DNA of 64,000 bases from assembly GCA_044225505.1 (NCBI GenBank), contig JBGAIN010000002.1, positions 1-64,000 of the forward strand, given 5' to 3'. The stretch's first letter is position 1. Every line of letters starts with the position of its first letter. The notes below the pieces were generated by a model, which saw nothing but the letters and a program-made list of their open reading frames with translations, had not been told where the DNA came from and made no database searches. Positions 37,149 to 48,494 of the stretch are shown piece by piece. This DNA is from Limisphaerales bacterium. GTDB lineage: Bacteria > Verrucomicrobiota > Verrucomicrobiia > Limisphaerales > SIBE01. The position numbers and the translations under genes are program-made.

Positions 37149-40100
37149 ACTTCGGATCAAACTCTTTCCCGGAGTGGTTGACGGGATTATTGCTGACTTC
37201 CGGGCATGCGTCCGTGTTGATTGGCTTGGTCCTTCTGGTCCAGACGGTATTTGGAAAATGGCTCACGCCCGCCTGGCGATTTAATCTTTGGCTGCTCGTC
37301 GTAGCGCGGCTGCTCATGCCAGTCGTGCCGAGCAGCCGGTGGAGCGTCTTCAATGTTCTTTCGCCATCGGATGCTGTTTCTTACGGAACCCGCACCGGCT
37401 CTACTGCCCCGGCATTTCTGCCCCGTAACAGCGTCGCCCCGCCCGCCGCGAAGGCGCTGGGCAACGAAAGTCGGGCTGCAACAGCGGCGCTGCCAAGCAC
37501 GGTTCCCTCAGCGCCCGTGAATCTTCCGGCAAAACCGATTGGGATGGCGTCCCCATTGTCGGAGACTCCCGTTCAGCGTCAGGGACGATCTTGGAGTTGG
37601 CGCGACGGGATCACTTTTATCTGGGGGGCAGGTGCGTTGATTTTGGTTACTCGCCTGCTTTGGACCAACCTGCGGTTCACACGGCGCCTTGCACAGGAAT
37701 TGCCCATGGTGTCGGGTTCTGCCATCGACCTCTTGCGCGAGTGCCAGAAAACGCTGGGGATAGCTCGCGATGTTTGCTTGATCGAAACGGCAGAGATCGA
37801 CGCTCCAGCGGTCTGTGGTTTCTGGCGGAAACGCCTCCTCTTGCCTGCAGGCATTCTAGCTCGATTGACTCGAGACGAGCTGCGTTGCGTTTTTCTCCAT
37901 GAATTGGCGCACATTCGTCGACGAGATATCGAACTCAGCTGGCTCGTTTCGGCGCTGCAGGCGCTGCATTGGTTTAATCCGGCCCTTTGGTGGGGATTTG
38001 CCCGGATGCGCGCGGACCGGGAGAGCGCCTGCGACACCCTGGCGTTGGGGCACCTGGAACCGAAAGACCGTGTGACCTATGGAGAAGCGATCATCAAAGT
38101 CATTGAGGAACTGGCTCGTCCGGTGATCGCGCCTGGCTTGCTGGGATTATCCGAAGATCGAATGCAGATCCAGCGACGACTGGAAAAGATCCTGAGTTAT
38201 CGAAAACCGAGTTCGTGGTCAGCGCTGGCATCTTTGTTGATAGTTGCCCTGGCGTTGCTCGGCTTGACCGATGCCAAACCGACGATCCTTGGGGCGCCTC
38301 CAGGACCTCTTGCAGGTCCGCAGGCGCTTCGGCAAAAGGCCGTTAATCTGCGCATCGTTGATACCAATGGCATCGGGATTGCCGGAGCGACAGTAAGCTG
38401 CCAAGGCTTTGACTGGAGCGGGACGAGTGATTTAGAAGGGCGAGTCACCTGGCTCGACGCCGGCCGGAGTTATTCCTATCGCGTCGACAAAGAAGGCTAT
38501 CGCATGATGCTGCTTCCGCCCATCTCTCCGAATCGATTCGAACGCCTCGTAACACTCGAACGCGCGCTCGTGATTCGCGGCCAAGTGTTGGATGCTGCCA
38601 CGGGGCGGCCAATTCCCAGTTTCAAAGTCTATCCTGGCCACCTGGTCATGGCGGCCGTTCCGCCCGGCTTGGAGGACGCCTCGGCGATACGCGGGACCGA
38701 CGGAGCGTTCCGCTATTCCTTCTCCATGCCGTTTGAACCATCGGCGGATAGCGTTCTTTACGTCGAAGCCGCAGGCTACGCCCCTGCTATCTCCAAGCCC
38801 TTAGCATCGGGCGACAATGGCCAAGAACTGCGTTTTCTATTGCGCAAAAGTGAGCCTGTCCCCGGGAGAGTGGAAGCGCCAGATGGCCTGCCTGCCAGAG
38901 AAGCTACCGTCGAACTTTGGAGCGGCCAGCTCAATCTCACGGAAATCCCCGTGCGGCACCGGACTCAGACGGCGGCGGATGGGACGTTTGCCATTATTCC
39001 AGCGGTGTCTGGTGGGCTATTTGTGCATCACGCGTCGGGCTACGCTGAATTGACCTGGGCACAATTCAAATCTCAGCCGGTCATCCGGCTGCAGCGGTGG
39101 GGACGCGTGCAAGGGCTATGGTCCAAACCGGTTCCTGCGGTCAGCGGCCTCTTGCTCGAGGGGATCAATTGGACCGATGCCATCTACACATTCCGTCCGC
39201 ATTGGATCAACGATCTTGCGAAAGTCGATCGATCGGGAGAGTTCACGTTTAGAGATCTCGTTCCCCCGGGCGAATATCGACTGGGCGAGGTGATGGATCT
39301 CAATATCCGTCAGCCAGGTGGCGGCACAAGTCGGATGCTTTTACAGAACGTCCGTGCCACGTTGCGCGTAGAGCCAGGCCAAACTTCCGTTGTGGAAATC
39401 GCGGCCGGCCGGCCGGTGGTTGGGCGCCTCGACTTGGGCGACGAGACCAATGAACTCCACCAGCCTGTCATCACCTTGCATTCCGAAATGCAAACTCCCA
39501 AGCTTTCTGACCCTCCGCCCAACCCGGGATTGTCTCCTGAAGAAAAGCTTCGCCTCCTGCAAGATCAACGGAGCCGCCTCGAGACGTTCTGGCTGTCCGA
39601 CGCCGGGAAAGCACTGCGTCGGTCCGAACGAATCTATCGAGTGATTGTCCCGGAGGATAACGCTTTCCGCTTTGATCATGTCGAACCGGGAACTTACCGC
39701 CTGTTCTTGAACCCAGGAAAGTCTGGCGAAGGAGAGCGGGACGTCGGCCGGGATGTTGTGATTCCTCAAGGGGACCCAGACAAGCCCGTGGATCTGGGGA
39801 CGTTGCGAGCCAACGGCGTTACGCCAGCGCAAACCGCTCCCGACGCAAGCGACCAGGAACCTGAAAAAGCCGTGGCGATCGTCCACCGCCCCGAACCAAT
39901 GGCCGTGCTCCCTAATACCAATCAATTCCTGAGGATCGTCGGGACGGTCGTGGATGCCCAGTCGGGTAAGCCGATTCGAACCTTCAGATTTATCCCAGGA
40001 AGAGCGTGGGGGCAGCTGCCTGGCGGTGCAGTCCAATGGGATTGGACGAAGGGAAAAGCCTCGGACGACGGCGTCTTTGATTTGCGTTGGGATAGTGCGC

Positions 40101-41170
40101 CGGAGGGGATGCCCGCGAACGCCGTGCCTTGGACTTTCATCGTGGAAGCGAATGGTTATTTGCCCGGGGAGACTCCGCGGCTCGTGGCGGGCCGCCATGA
40201 ATTACAAATTCGGCTGCAAAAGGGAGACTCGGTCACGGGCGTCGCGGTGACGCCGTCAGGCGAGCCAGTGTCTGGCGCGGAGGTCATTATCGATGGTCTT
40301 GGCTACGCGGAGCTGGACCGACGCAAACTGGAGAAAGTAGATCTAGGCAAATTCGATAGGGCGTATACTCGAACGGACGCGCAAGGCCGGTTCACGTTGC
40401 CAGCAATCTTCCCCAACCCACAAATTCTGGGAGTGCACACGCTCGGATGCGGTCGAGTGACGGGTCAGGAGCTAGCCACGTTGAAAAAGCTTGTGCTCCA
40501 GCCGTGGGGACGTGTCGAAGGCACTTTAAGAATCGGAAATCGCTTAGGCACGAACATGCCTGTCTCGATCGGCGCCGCCTTCTCTCCTTTTGCGGGCGTC
40601 AACTACTATTCGGACACATTCAATGTCACGACAGACGAACAGGGGCGATTTGTGTTCACGGATGTCCCCGCCGGTAAAATGCGTCTCATGCGCTGGGCGC
40701 CGTCGCGCGGAACCCGGTCTGGCACTCACCAAACTGAGGTCGATGTCCTCCCAGGGGAGATCACGCCAGTTGTCTACGGCGGTAACGGGGCATCCATTGT
40801 CGGCAAGGTCGTTTTGCAGAGTACTGGCCAACCCTTCGATTGGACCCGGACAACACAGGTGCTAGAAACCGCGCGACCAGGTCCGTCGATTATCGGTGTC
40901 AATTCTGGAACACAACCGCATCGGCTTTACGTCCCCGATTGGCTCGACGATGGTCACTTTCGGATCGACGACGTTGCGCCAGACCAATACGTCCTGCGCC
41001 TGAAATACGTAGTCGAGTCTGTCACCGACTCGTCAGGTCAACCGTTGGGAAAGGGGCTCGCGTCGAAACAGATTGACGTCTCAGTTCCTCAAGCCGGGTC
41101 GAAGACGCAGCCGTTAGACTTAGGAACTATCATTTTACCTGACGCCCCGGTCAGCGGCTCGCGTCCATAG
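37145..41170 (+). CDS. BlaR1-like M56 metallopeptidase sensor with carboxypeptidase-regulatory-like C-terminal repeats
   Basis: ATGA overlap with blaI; TM segments; HELAHIRRRD, HWFNP, RESACD; repeated GRVxxPxGxP...TDxxGxF modules. Confidence 0.9.
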   Translation: MNFGSNSFPEWLTGLLLTSGHASVLIGLVLLVQTVFGKWLTPAWRFNLWLLVVARLLMPVVPSSRWSVFNVLSPSDAVSYGTRTGSTAPAFLPRNSVAPPAAKALGNESRAATAALPSTVPSAPVNLPAKPIGMASPLSETPVQRQGRSWSWRDGITFIWGAGALILVTRLLWTNLRFTRRLAQELPMVSGSAIDLLRECQKTLGIARDVCLIETAEIDAPAVCGFWRKRLLLPAGILARLTRDELRCVFLHELAHIRRRDIELSWLVSALQALHWFNPALWWGFARMRADRESACDTLALGHLEPKDRVTYGEAIIKVIEELARPVIAPGLLGLSEDRMQIQRRLEKILSYRKPSSWSALASLLIVALALLGLTDAKPTILGAPPGPLAGPQALRQKAVNLRIVDTNGIGIAGATVSCQGFDWSGTSDLEGRVTWLDAGRSYSYRVDKEGYRMMLLPPISPNRFERLVTLERALVIRGQVLDAATGRPIPSFKVYPGHLVMAAVPPGLEDASAIRGTDGAFRYSFSMPFEPSADSVLYVEAAGYAPAISKPLASGDNGQELRFLLRKSEPVPGRVEAPDGLPAREATVELWSGQLNLTEIPVRHRTQTAADGTFAIIPAVSGGLFVHHASGYAELTWAQFKSQPVIRLQRWGRVQGLWSKPVPAVSGLLLEGINWTDAIYTFRPHWINDLAKVDRSGEFTFRDLVPPGEYRLGEVMDLNIRQPGGGTSRMLLQNVRATLRVEPGQTSVVEIAAGRPVVGRLDLGDETNELHQPVITLHSEMQTPKLSDPPPNPGLSPEEKLRLLQDQRSRLETFWLSDAGKALRRSERIYRVIVPEDNAFRFDHVEPGTYRLFLNPGKSGEGERDVGRDVVIPQGDPDKPVDLGTLRANGVTPAQTAPDASDQEPEKAVAIVHRPEPMAVLPNTNQFLRIVGTVVDAQSGKPIRTFRFIPGRAWGQLPGGAVQWDWTKGKASDDGVFDLRWDSAPEGMPANAVPWTFIVEANGYLPGETPRLVAGRHELQIRLQKGDSVTGVAVTPSGEPVSGAEVIIDGLGYAELDRRKLEKVDLGKFDRAYTRTDAQGRFTLPAIFPNPQILGVHTLGCGRVTGQELATLKKLVLQPWGRVEGTLRIGNRLGTNMPVSIGAAFSPFAGVNYYSDTFNVTTDEQGRFVFTDVPAGKMRLMRWAPSRGTRSGTHQTEVDVLPGEITPVVYGGNGASIVGKVVLQSTGQPFDWTRTTQVLETARPGPSIIGVNSGTQPHRLYVPDWLDDGHFRIDDVAPDQYVLRLKYVVESVTDSSGQPLGKGLASKQIDVSVPQAGSKTQPLDLGTIILPDAPVSGSRP

Positions 41171-41335
41171 TCGTTTGAACGGGTTGATTGCGGATTCGTG
41201 CGCACTGCAGTGCGAAGAGGGGAGATCCTGTAGAATCCTTCGAGACGGCCTCAAGCCCTGCACTTCAAAACCAGGGTTTCCCTCAATTGACATTTTGAGG
41301 AGTCCACCGGAGCGTTAGACGGAGGTTTATTCCAT

Positions 41336-42124
41336 ATGCAAGCTCTTCTCGTGACGATCTTTTTGGCCGCTGCTGGAGCGGGTCTAATCGCGCAAAACGT
41401 GCCTTCGCAACCGGCCAGCGGCAGCCCAGCAACGTCCGGTGGCGGCGCGACGATCAGCGCGTTGACCGGTCAGGTGATTCCATCCCCGGCGAACTCCAGC
41501 CAGACTGCGACGAACTCACCCACGCGAGTCTTGCCAAACCCAGCGGCGGCCGCGGCGCAGGCCAATACGCACGCCTTCGTCACTAACCGTTCCAGGATTA
41601 CGCCGGCGCAAATGCAGAATATCAACCGCCTTGTGGTGGACCTCAATGCACTGAGTTTGCCTTCAAAAGACACGGTCGAACAGATGCGCGGCCTCCGTCA
41701 GACCCTTACGGCCGCGGCTAGCTCGAACGCGCGACCGACCGACGCATCATTGTCGCAACTGGGCTCGGCCCTGGCCGCTGTGGTGCCGTCGTTAAATCTG
41801 ACCGCCCCGCAACGGCGCCAACTCGCGATTGATATCAATCTGGCGCTCAATAGCGGCAGCCTGACCGCTGAAGAAGCCCGCCGCGTGGTCGCGGATGCTC
41901 AAGGGCTCCTGCACGGGAGTGCAGTTAAGAATCCAGACGGGGTCGGGCATCTGATGGATAGCATGGCTGCCATCGTTGCGGAACTGCGCAACAATTCCGG
42001 TTCTCAAACCGGCGCCATCCCAGCGGAAACGCCAGCCTCCATCGGCCAGCCTGCGGAATCCCAAACTGGGCAAGGGGCTGGTGCATCCACCCCCACAACG
42101 GGGAACGCCCCAATCAGCCGGTAA
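41336..42124 (+). CDS. Hypothetical secreted protein
   Basis: GGAGG RBS, signal-peptide-like N-terminus, low-complexity S/T/P/A ends around a helical core. Confidence 0.65.
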   Translation: MQALLVTIFLAAAGAGLIAQNVPSQPASGSPATSGGGATISALTGQVIPSPANSSQTATNSPTRVLPNPAAAAAQANTHAFVTNRSRITPAQMQNINRLVVDLNALSLPSKDTVEQMRGLRQTLTAAASSNARPTDASLSQLGSALAAVVPSLNLTAPQRRQLAIDINLALNSGSLTAEEARRVVADAQGLLHGSAVKNPDGVGHLMDSMAAIVAELRNNSGSQTGAIPAETPASIGQPAESQTGQGAGASTPTTGNAPISR

Positions 42125-42129
42125 ACCTG

Positions 42130-42789
42130 TCAGGTCCCCGGGCGCGGAGTGAGGCTCGCGATGGCAGCCTGCTGTATCTGTTGCGGATCGTCCGAAGCCG
42201 TGACAGTGACGTTCAGATCGCGGAGCAAACCATCATGGAGCCCGTAAATCCAGCCGTGCACCGAAAGCAGTTGTCCTCGCTCCCACGCGTCACGCGCGAT
42301 GGTGGTTTGGCAGACATTGATCACCTGCTCGATCACGTTCAATTCGCAGAGGCGATCCGACGCTTGCGGGTCAGGTCCGAGCGAGCCGAGCACTTTCTCG
42401 TATTTCAAACGGACATCCTGGACGTGCCGCAGCCAGTTATCGCTCAACCCCAGGCGATCCCGCCGTAGAGCCGCTTGCACGCCGCTGCATCCGTAATGGC
42501 CGCATACAATAATGTGACTGACCCGCAGGATGTCGACCGCGAACTGCATGACGGAAAGACAGTTTAAGTCTGTGTGTACCACAAGGTTAGCCACATTTCG
42601 ATGCACAAACAGCTCCCCAGGCAAGAGGCCCACAATTTGATTGGCCGGGACGCGGCTATCGGAACATCCAATCCACAGGTATTGAGGAAACTGCTGTTTT
42701 GAGAGCTTGACGAAAAAGTCCGGGTCATTCTGGCGGATGCCCGCAGACCAAGCTCGGTTACTATCGAAGAGGTGCGCGAGGTTATTCAT
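42130..42789 (-). CDS. can: Beta-class carbonic anhydrase
   Basis: WIGCSDSRVP, HRNVAN, CGHYGC. Confidence 0.95.
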   Translation of the reverse strand: MNNLAHLFDSNRAWSAGIRQNDPDFFVKLSKQQFPQYLWIGCSDSRVPANQIVGLLPGELFVHRNVANLVVHTDLNCLSVMQFAVDILRVSHIIVCGHYGCSGVQAALRRDRLGLSDNWLRHVQDVRLKYEKVLGSLGPDPQASDRLCELNVIEQVINVCQTTIARDAWERGQLLSVHGWIYGLHDGLLRDLNVTVTASDDPQQIQQAAIASLTPRPGT

Positions 42790-42919
42790 AGCGTTGGGAG
42801 GACAAGCCGAGCGCTGATAATCGTTTCAATATCCGGTTCATGGTTTCAGGGATCCGAATTGACCTAAAGGCCGCTCGGAGCCTGGTTGCCCCGTCGTCGC
42901 CGAGGTGATCGTTGTCGGA

Positions 42920-43018
42920 AAAGCGGTGTAGGGCCACCGCACTCCAAAACCTGGCGGCGTTCTGTTGCTTAGTCATTGCGCAACAGCGTCTTGGAGTGCT
43001 CCAGCCTCCGGGCGCTTT
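42920..43018. repeat. Inverted pair of REP-like elements (REPIN-like)
   Basis: AAAGCGGTGTAGGGCCACCGCACTCCAAA (42920-42948) and inverted AAAGCGCCCGGAGGCTGGAGCACTCCAA (43018-42991). Central CTGTTGC/GCAACAG hairpin. Confidence 0.6.
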
Positions 43019-43688
43019 GCGCGGCCAACGCCGGTCCGAAAGGCTCTTAACTTGGCCGGAGAGATCAGGCTGCATCTTGATGACCCTTTTTAATTGTAAC
43101 TTCCTTGTTCCGCAGGAAACCACGCTTGGTATTACGCCTCGAATAATCCATCGCGTCCTCTCGATTCCTCCCCTCCTGCGGGTTAAAACCCGCGCTCCCA
43201 TAAGATCCGACGAAGTTGGACGATAGTCGTCTTTGCTTCGAGCTCCTCAATACTACCGAATGACAATTCGGAGGTCATGACGGTTAACTGGCGGCCGAGA
43301 ATGCCTGACAGAGCGGCGCCAGCGCAAGCTCGCAGTCCCGGTTAATAAAAATCCGGGTCTCCGTGGCGGAGTTGATGCCCAGGGGGAACGTTGGTGACAA
43401 TCTGTCACCAGGATCTATATAAGATTGGTCATGAATATCTTACATACCCCACGCGACTCTCACCTCAGCCAATTGGGCGGGATTTGTCGCACATCTTATC
43501 CGCAAATTGCGGACATTGCTGCGCGCGCGGGAGTGAATCTGGACCGACGCAAAGGTTTTGACGCGAGAAAACGTACGAAGGCCGCGACGAGCGACTGGCG
43601 TGGTGAACGAAAGGACCGTGGTTGTGGGCGGAACGCTGGCGGACGTGGGCCGGGCTCGAAAACGGTCGCTACGGTAATCATTCGCTTA

Positions 43689-43777
43689 TAACAGGGAAAT
43701 AACTCGGAGATAACAGGGATATAACACGGGTTTGATCCCTGTTATTTCCCTGTTTGTTCCATGTAAAACCCCTGTTA
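43689..43777. repeat. Palindromic array of 11-bp phased repeats (4 direct + 4 inverted, consensus TAACAGGGA)
   Basis: TAACAGGGAAA TAACTCGGAGA TAACAGGGATA TAACACGGGTT, then TCCCTGTTA, TCCCTGTTT, TCCATGTAA, CCCCTGTTA at 11-bp spacing. Confidence 0.85.
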
Positions 43778-43940
43778 AAAAGCTATAGAGACCGCCGCGG
43801 CTGCTTCGCAGCCGCCTGCCTCATGTCCTCCCTTCGTTCGTCAGCTGCTCCGAACGCGCTCGCAACGGTCGATTCGCACGTTCGAGTCGCAAGCACTTTT
43901 CCGCTTTGCACGGTTTGCCTTCCGTCGTTAACGTTATGCG

Positions 43941-44882
<942 letters not shown>

Positions 44883-44886
44883 TTTT

Positions 44887-47800
44887 ATGTCGGAATCTAA
44901 TTCTACAGACGGATCCGGTCCTCGATCGGGTCTTATACGCAAGCTTGGGATTGTCGGGGTCGTGCTCCTGGTTTTGGTGGGAGTGCTCTACTTCGTCGTG
45001 ACGAGCGGTGCCTTCTTTAAGAGCTTCATTTTGCCGCGTGTTGGGAAGGCAGCCAATGCGGAGATCACGGTGGCGGATGCCTCGATCAGCCCCTTCTCCC
45101 AGGTGGTGTTGGACAAGGTCAAAGTGCAGACGGCGGGCCAGGAACCGCTCCTCACCGCGGATCAGGTTCGGGTCCGCTACAACTTGATGTCGATCCTGCG
45201 CGGGAATTATGTCGTGGAGGAGTTAACCGTCGCGGCGCCCGTGCTCCAGGTCATCCAAGAGGCCAACGGAACGAGCAATCTCGATCCGATTACCAAAGGG
45301 GAGTCGAAGACAGCTGGAGCCAAAAAGACGGATGAACCGCTTCGGCTCTCGATCCGCAACGTCTCGATCAAGAACGGGTTGGTCCGTCTCACCGAGAAGC
45401 TCCAAGACGGCACGGTGCAATCCACGGAAGTAAGTCCCTTAAACCTGGCTCTGGACCGCCTCGAGAACGGCGGGCAAGGCAAGGTCAATTTATCGTCCAA
45501 TGTGAAGACGGAGCGACGGCCGCCCGCTGGGCCCGGACGCACGAATGACGTGATGGAGAGCAAGGTCAACGGCGAATTCACTTTCCAGCTCGATAAGAAT
45601 CTGGTTCCTCAAGCCCTCACGGGAAACGGGTCGCTCGGATTTGGGACGGTGCAGGGGGTTTATGCGGACTTTGCAGGTTTGGCGGCGAATTTACAGGCCG
45701 ATGTGACGCCGACCGAGGTGCGGATGTTAGCCATGAAGTTCCAACGTAACGGCCAGGAACTTGGCCGAGTGGAAGCGAGCGGTCCACTCGACATGGCCAA
45801 GGCGGAAGGCCGGCTCAAGCTTCAAGTGCAATCGGTTGACCGGCAAGTGCTCAATCTCATTGGAGCGAGTCATGGCTGGGATTTTGGAAACTCGACTTTG
45901 AACGCCACGAACTTCGTCGATATCTCCCACCAAGGCGACATGGTCGGAGCGAAAGGCGTGATTGCCGGCCGGCAGATGAGTGTTCGCCAGGGCAAGAACA
46001 CCACGCCACCGGTGGACTTGGATGTGGATTACGAAGTCACGGTCAATCGCAAGGAACAGGTGGCGGTCATTCGCAGACTATCGATTTTAGGTCAACAACA
46101 GGGCAAAGATCTGCTCCGGGCTTCCTTGGATCGACCGATGAATCTGACGTGGGCGCCGACCGCGCGCGGCTTTGCCGAATCGACACTGCAACTGGCGGTT
46201 AACCAGCTAAAACTCGATGATTGGCGTTCCGTCCTGGGAACAAACAGCCCGTCGGGCCGGCTTGACCTTCAGATGACTCTCCTCGCGAAGGAAGACGGGA
46301 AAAAACTCGAAGCCAAAGGAACCCTTGGGATTCAAGACTTGACCACGCAAGTGGGGACCAACCGCATCGAAAAGGCGGGGCTGACGGTGAGTATTGACGG
46401 AGATGTGTCGGACTTTCGCACTTTGACGCTCAAGAACTACACGATGGAAATGCAGCGCGACAAGGTCTCGATGATCAAATCGAGTGGCTCGGCGCATTAC
46501 GATCGTGCGGTCGAAGACCTCACCCTACAAGCCTCGACGGAAGTGGTCCTGGCACCGTTGTTGAAGCAATTTCCACAACCCGACATTCAAGCGGCCAACG
46601 GCACCGTGCGGCTGAACTCCGCCCTGACGCAAAAGAAAGCGAAATACTCGGTGACGGGGAACCTGACATTGCTCGATTTCACCGGCCGCTATGGCAAATA
46701 CGCTTTTCAGGACTATCAAACAGCCATGGACTACAACCTGGATTACGACCCGAGCCAGGTGCAGATTCACAATGCTTCCTTGGCGTTTCGCAAAGGCTAC
46801 AGCTCCGGCGGAACTTTGGCGTTGCAGGGTGACTACAACATGGAGAAGAAATCCGCGCATCTCAGCTTCCGCGCCGTTGACCTCAACGAAAACGCCCTGG
46901 GACCTATTTTGGCGCCGGCGGGAGACGCCAAACAGTTGATTTCAGTCTCGCTCAATGGCAATGGTACCGCAGCCTATGACCCCAGCGGCGACGCGTCAGT
47001 CAAAGCCGATGTCAGCCTGACCAACTGGGTGGTGGCGACGGCCGCCAACCGAACTTCACCAAAACTAGGGGCGCGAGTGGTCATGGACGGATCCATGCGT
47101 CAGAGTGTGGTGGACGTCCGCCAATTTGACCTGCGCTTGGCCCCCACTGCCCGGGCGATCAATGAATTGCAGGTCAAAGCCCACTTGGACATGGGCAAGA
47201 CCAATCCCAGCCCGAGCCAATTGACAGTCCAGGCCGATTCGTTGGACATCACCCCTTACTACGAGATCTTCGCAGGATCATCCGCAGAAAAGCCAACGAC
47301 CTCCAACAAGCCAAGCCCCGCGCCGCAGCCTGCGCCCCCTACCGGACAGACGGCCGGTTCCACGCCCGCCAAGCTGCCGGTCGATCCATTGACCGCGGAG
47401 ATCAAAGTGGGTCGTTTGTATTTTCGAGATCTGGCCATCACAAATTTTCAAACGTCCGCGCAGGTCAGCCGCGGGGAAGTCACCGTGAAGCCCGTCGCCA
47501 TGTCGTTAAACGGAGCCCCATTCAGCGCCAGCGCCGTCGTGAACATGAACGTGCCTGGCTATAGCTATGATATCGCGTTTAAAGGGGATCGATTACCGGT
47601 GGGGCCGTTGGTCAGCAGCTTCACCACCAATGCCCCTGGGCAGTACAAGGGTGATTTGACCACGGCCGCAGACCTCAAAGGCGTTGGATTCACCGGCTCC
47701 AGTTTGCAGAAAAGCTTGAGCGGAAACTTCTCCTTGAACTGGACCAACCTCAACTACGAGATCGTTGGCCGCAAAGTGAAACGGTTGCTCGACCCTATCG

Positions 47801-48441
47801 CCCTGGTGCTCCGCGTTCCGGAGTTGACCTTGACTCCGTTGAACGCGATCGATGCCAAAGTCGGGATGGGCAAAGGGCAAGTGAACGTCGAGCAGTTCAT
47901 TGTCCAGAGCCAGGCTTTCTATGCGGACAGTCGCGGATCCGTTCCCATTGCGGAGATTCTGACGAATTCACCGCTCAACTTGCCGGTCAACCTCGCTTTG
48001 CGACGCTCGCTCGCAGAAAAGGCTAACTTGCTCCCGGCCAACACGCCCACCAATGCGTTGTACGCACAGCTTCCTAGCTTCGTCACGCTCGCAGGAACTT
48101 TGGGCGACCCCAAGACCGAGATCAACAAACTGGTGATTGGCGGGTTGCTCGCCCGCTCGATTGGCGGGATCGCGCCCGTGGGAGATAAGGCAGGATCGTT
48201 GCTCCAAGGCGTGGGCGGGTTGCTCACCGGTCAGACATCGGCAGCCCGAACAAATGCACCCACGGCAACGAATGCCAGCCCTGCTGCCAATATCGTCCAG
48301 GACATCAGCTCGCTATTAAACCAACCAAAGAAAGGCCGCACCGCCACCAACGCTCCGGCCGCAAGCGCCCCAACCAGCGGCGGTCAACCGGCCAAGGTAA
48401 ACGCCAACGACTTGCTCAAAGTGCTTCCTGAAAAGAAGTAA
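44887..48441 (+). CDS. AsmA-family protein
   Basis: N-terminal TM anchor, ...NGTSNLDPI, long beta-rich body, C-terminal LAGTLGDPK. Confidence 0.8.
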   Translation: MSESNSTDGSGPRSGLIRKLGIVGVVLLVLVGVLYFVVTSGAFFKSFILPRVGKAANAEITVADASISPFSQVVLDKVKVQTAGQEPLLTADQVRVRYNLMSILRGNYVVEELTVAAPVLQVIQEANGTSNLDPITKGESKTAGAKKTDEPLRLSIRNVSIKNGLVRLTEKLQDGTVQSTEVSPLNLALDRLENGGQGKVNLSSNVKTERRPPAGPGRTNDVMESKVNGEFTFQLDKNLVPQALTGNGSLGFGTVQGVYADFAGLAANLQADVTPTEVRMLAMKFQRNGQELGRVEASGPLDMAKAEGRLKLQVQSVDRQVLNLIGASHGWDFGNSTLNATNFVDISHQGDMVGAKGVIAGRQMSVRQGKNTTPPVDLDVDYEVTVNRKEQVAVIRRLSILGQQQGKDLLRASLDRPMNLTWAPTARGFAESTLQLAVNQLKLDDWRSVLGTNSPSGRLDLQMTLLAKEDGKKLEAKGTLGIQDLTTQVGTNRIEKAGLTVSIDGDVSDFRTLTLKNYTMEMQRDKVSMIKSSGSAHYDRAVEDLTLQASTEVVLAPLLKQFPQPDIQAANGTVRLNSALTQKKAKYSVTGNLTLLDFTGRYGKYAFQDYQTAMDYNLDYDPSQVQIHNASLAFRKGYSSGGTLALQGDYNMEKKSAHLSFRAVDLNENALGPILAPAGDAKQLISVSLNGNGTAAYDPSGDASVKADVSLTNWVVATAANRTSPKLGARVVMDGSMRQSVVDVRQFDLRLAPTARAINELQVKAHLDMGKTNPSPSQLTVQADSLDITPYYEIFAGSSAEKPTTSNKPSPAPQPAPPTGQTAGSTPAKLPVDPLTAEIKVGRLYFRDLAITNFQTSAQVSRGEVTVKPVAMSLNGAPFSASAVVNMNVPGYSYDIAFKGDRLPVGPLVSSFTTNAPGQYKGDLTTAADLKGVGFTGSSLQKSLSGNFSLNWTNLNYEIVGRKVKRLLDPIALVLRVPELTLTPLNAIDAKVGMGKGQVNVEQFIVQSQAFYADSRGSVPIAEILTNSPLNLPVNLALRRSLAEKANLLPANTPTNALYAQLPSFVTLAGTLGDPKTEINKLVIGGLLARSIGGIAPVGDKAGSLLQGVGGLLTGQTSAARTNAPTATNASPAANIVQDISSLLNQPKKGRTATNAPAASAPTSGGQPAKVNANDLLKVLPEKK

Positions 48442-48494
48442 CGGATCCGTGGCATGTGAGGCCGTTCGAGACGCCAAGCGCGTGCCAGTGTGAT

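Noticed and set aside
43689..43777. CRISPR interpretation of the repeat array
   Set aside because: Units are 11 bp with no spacers, and no cas genes are present.
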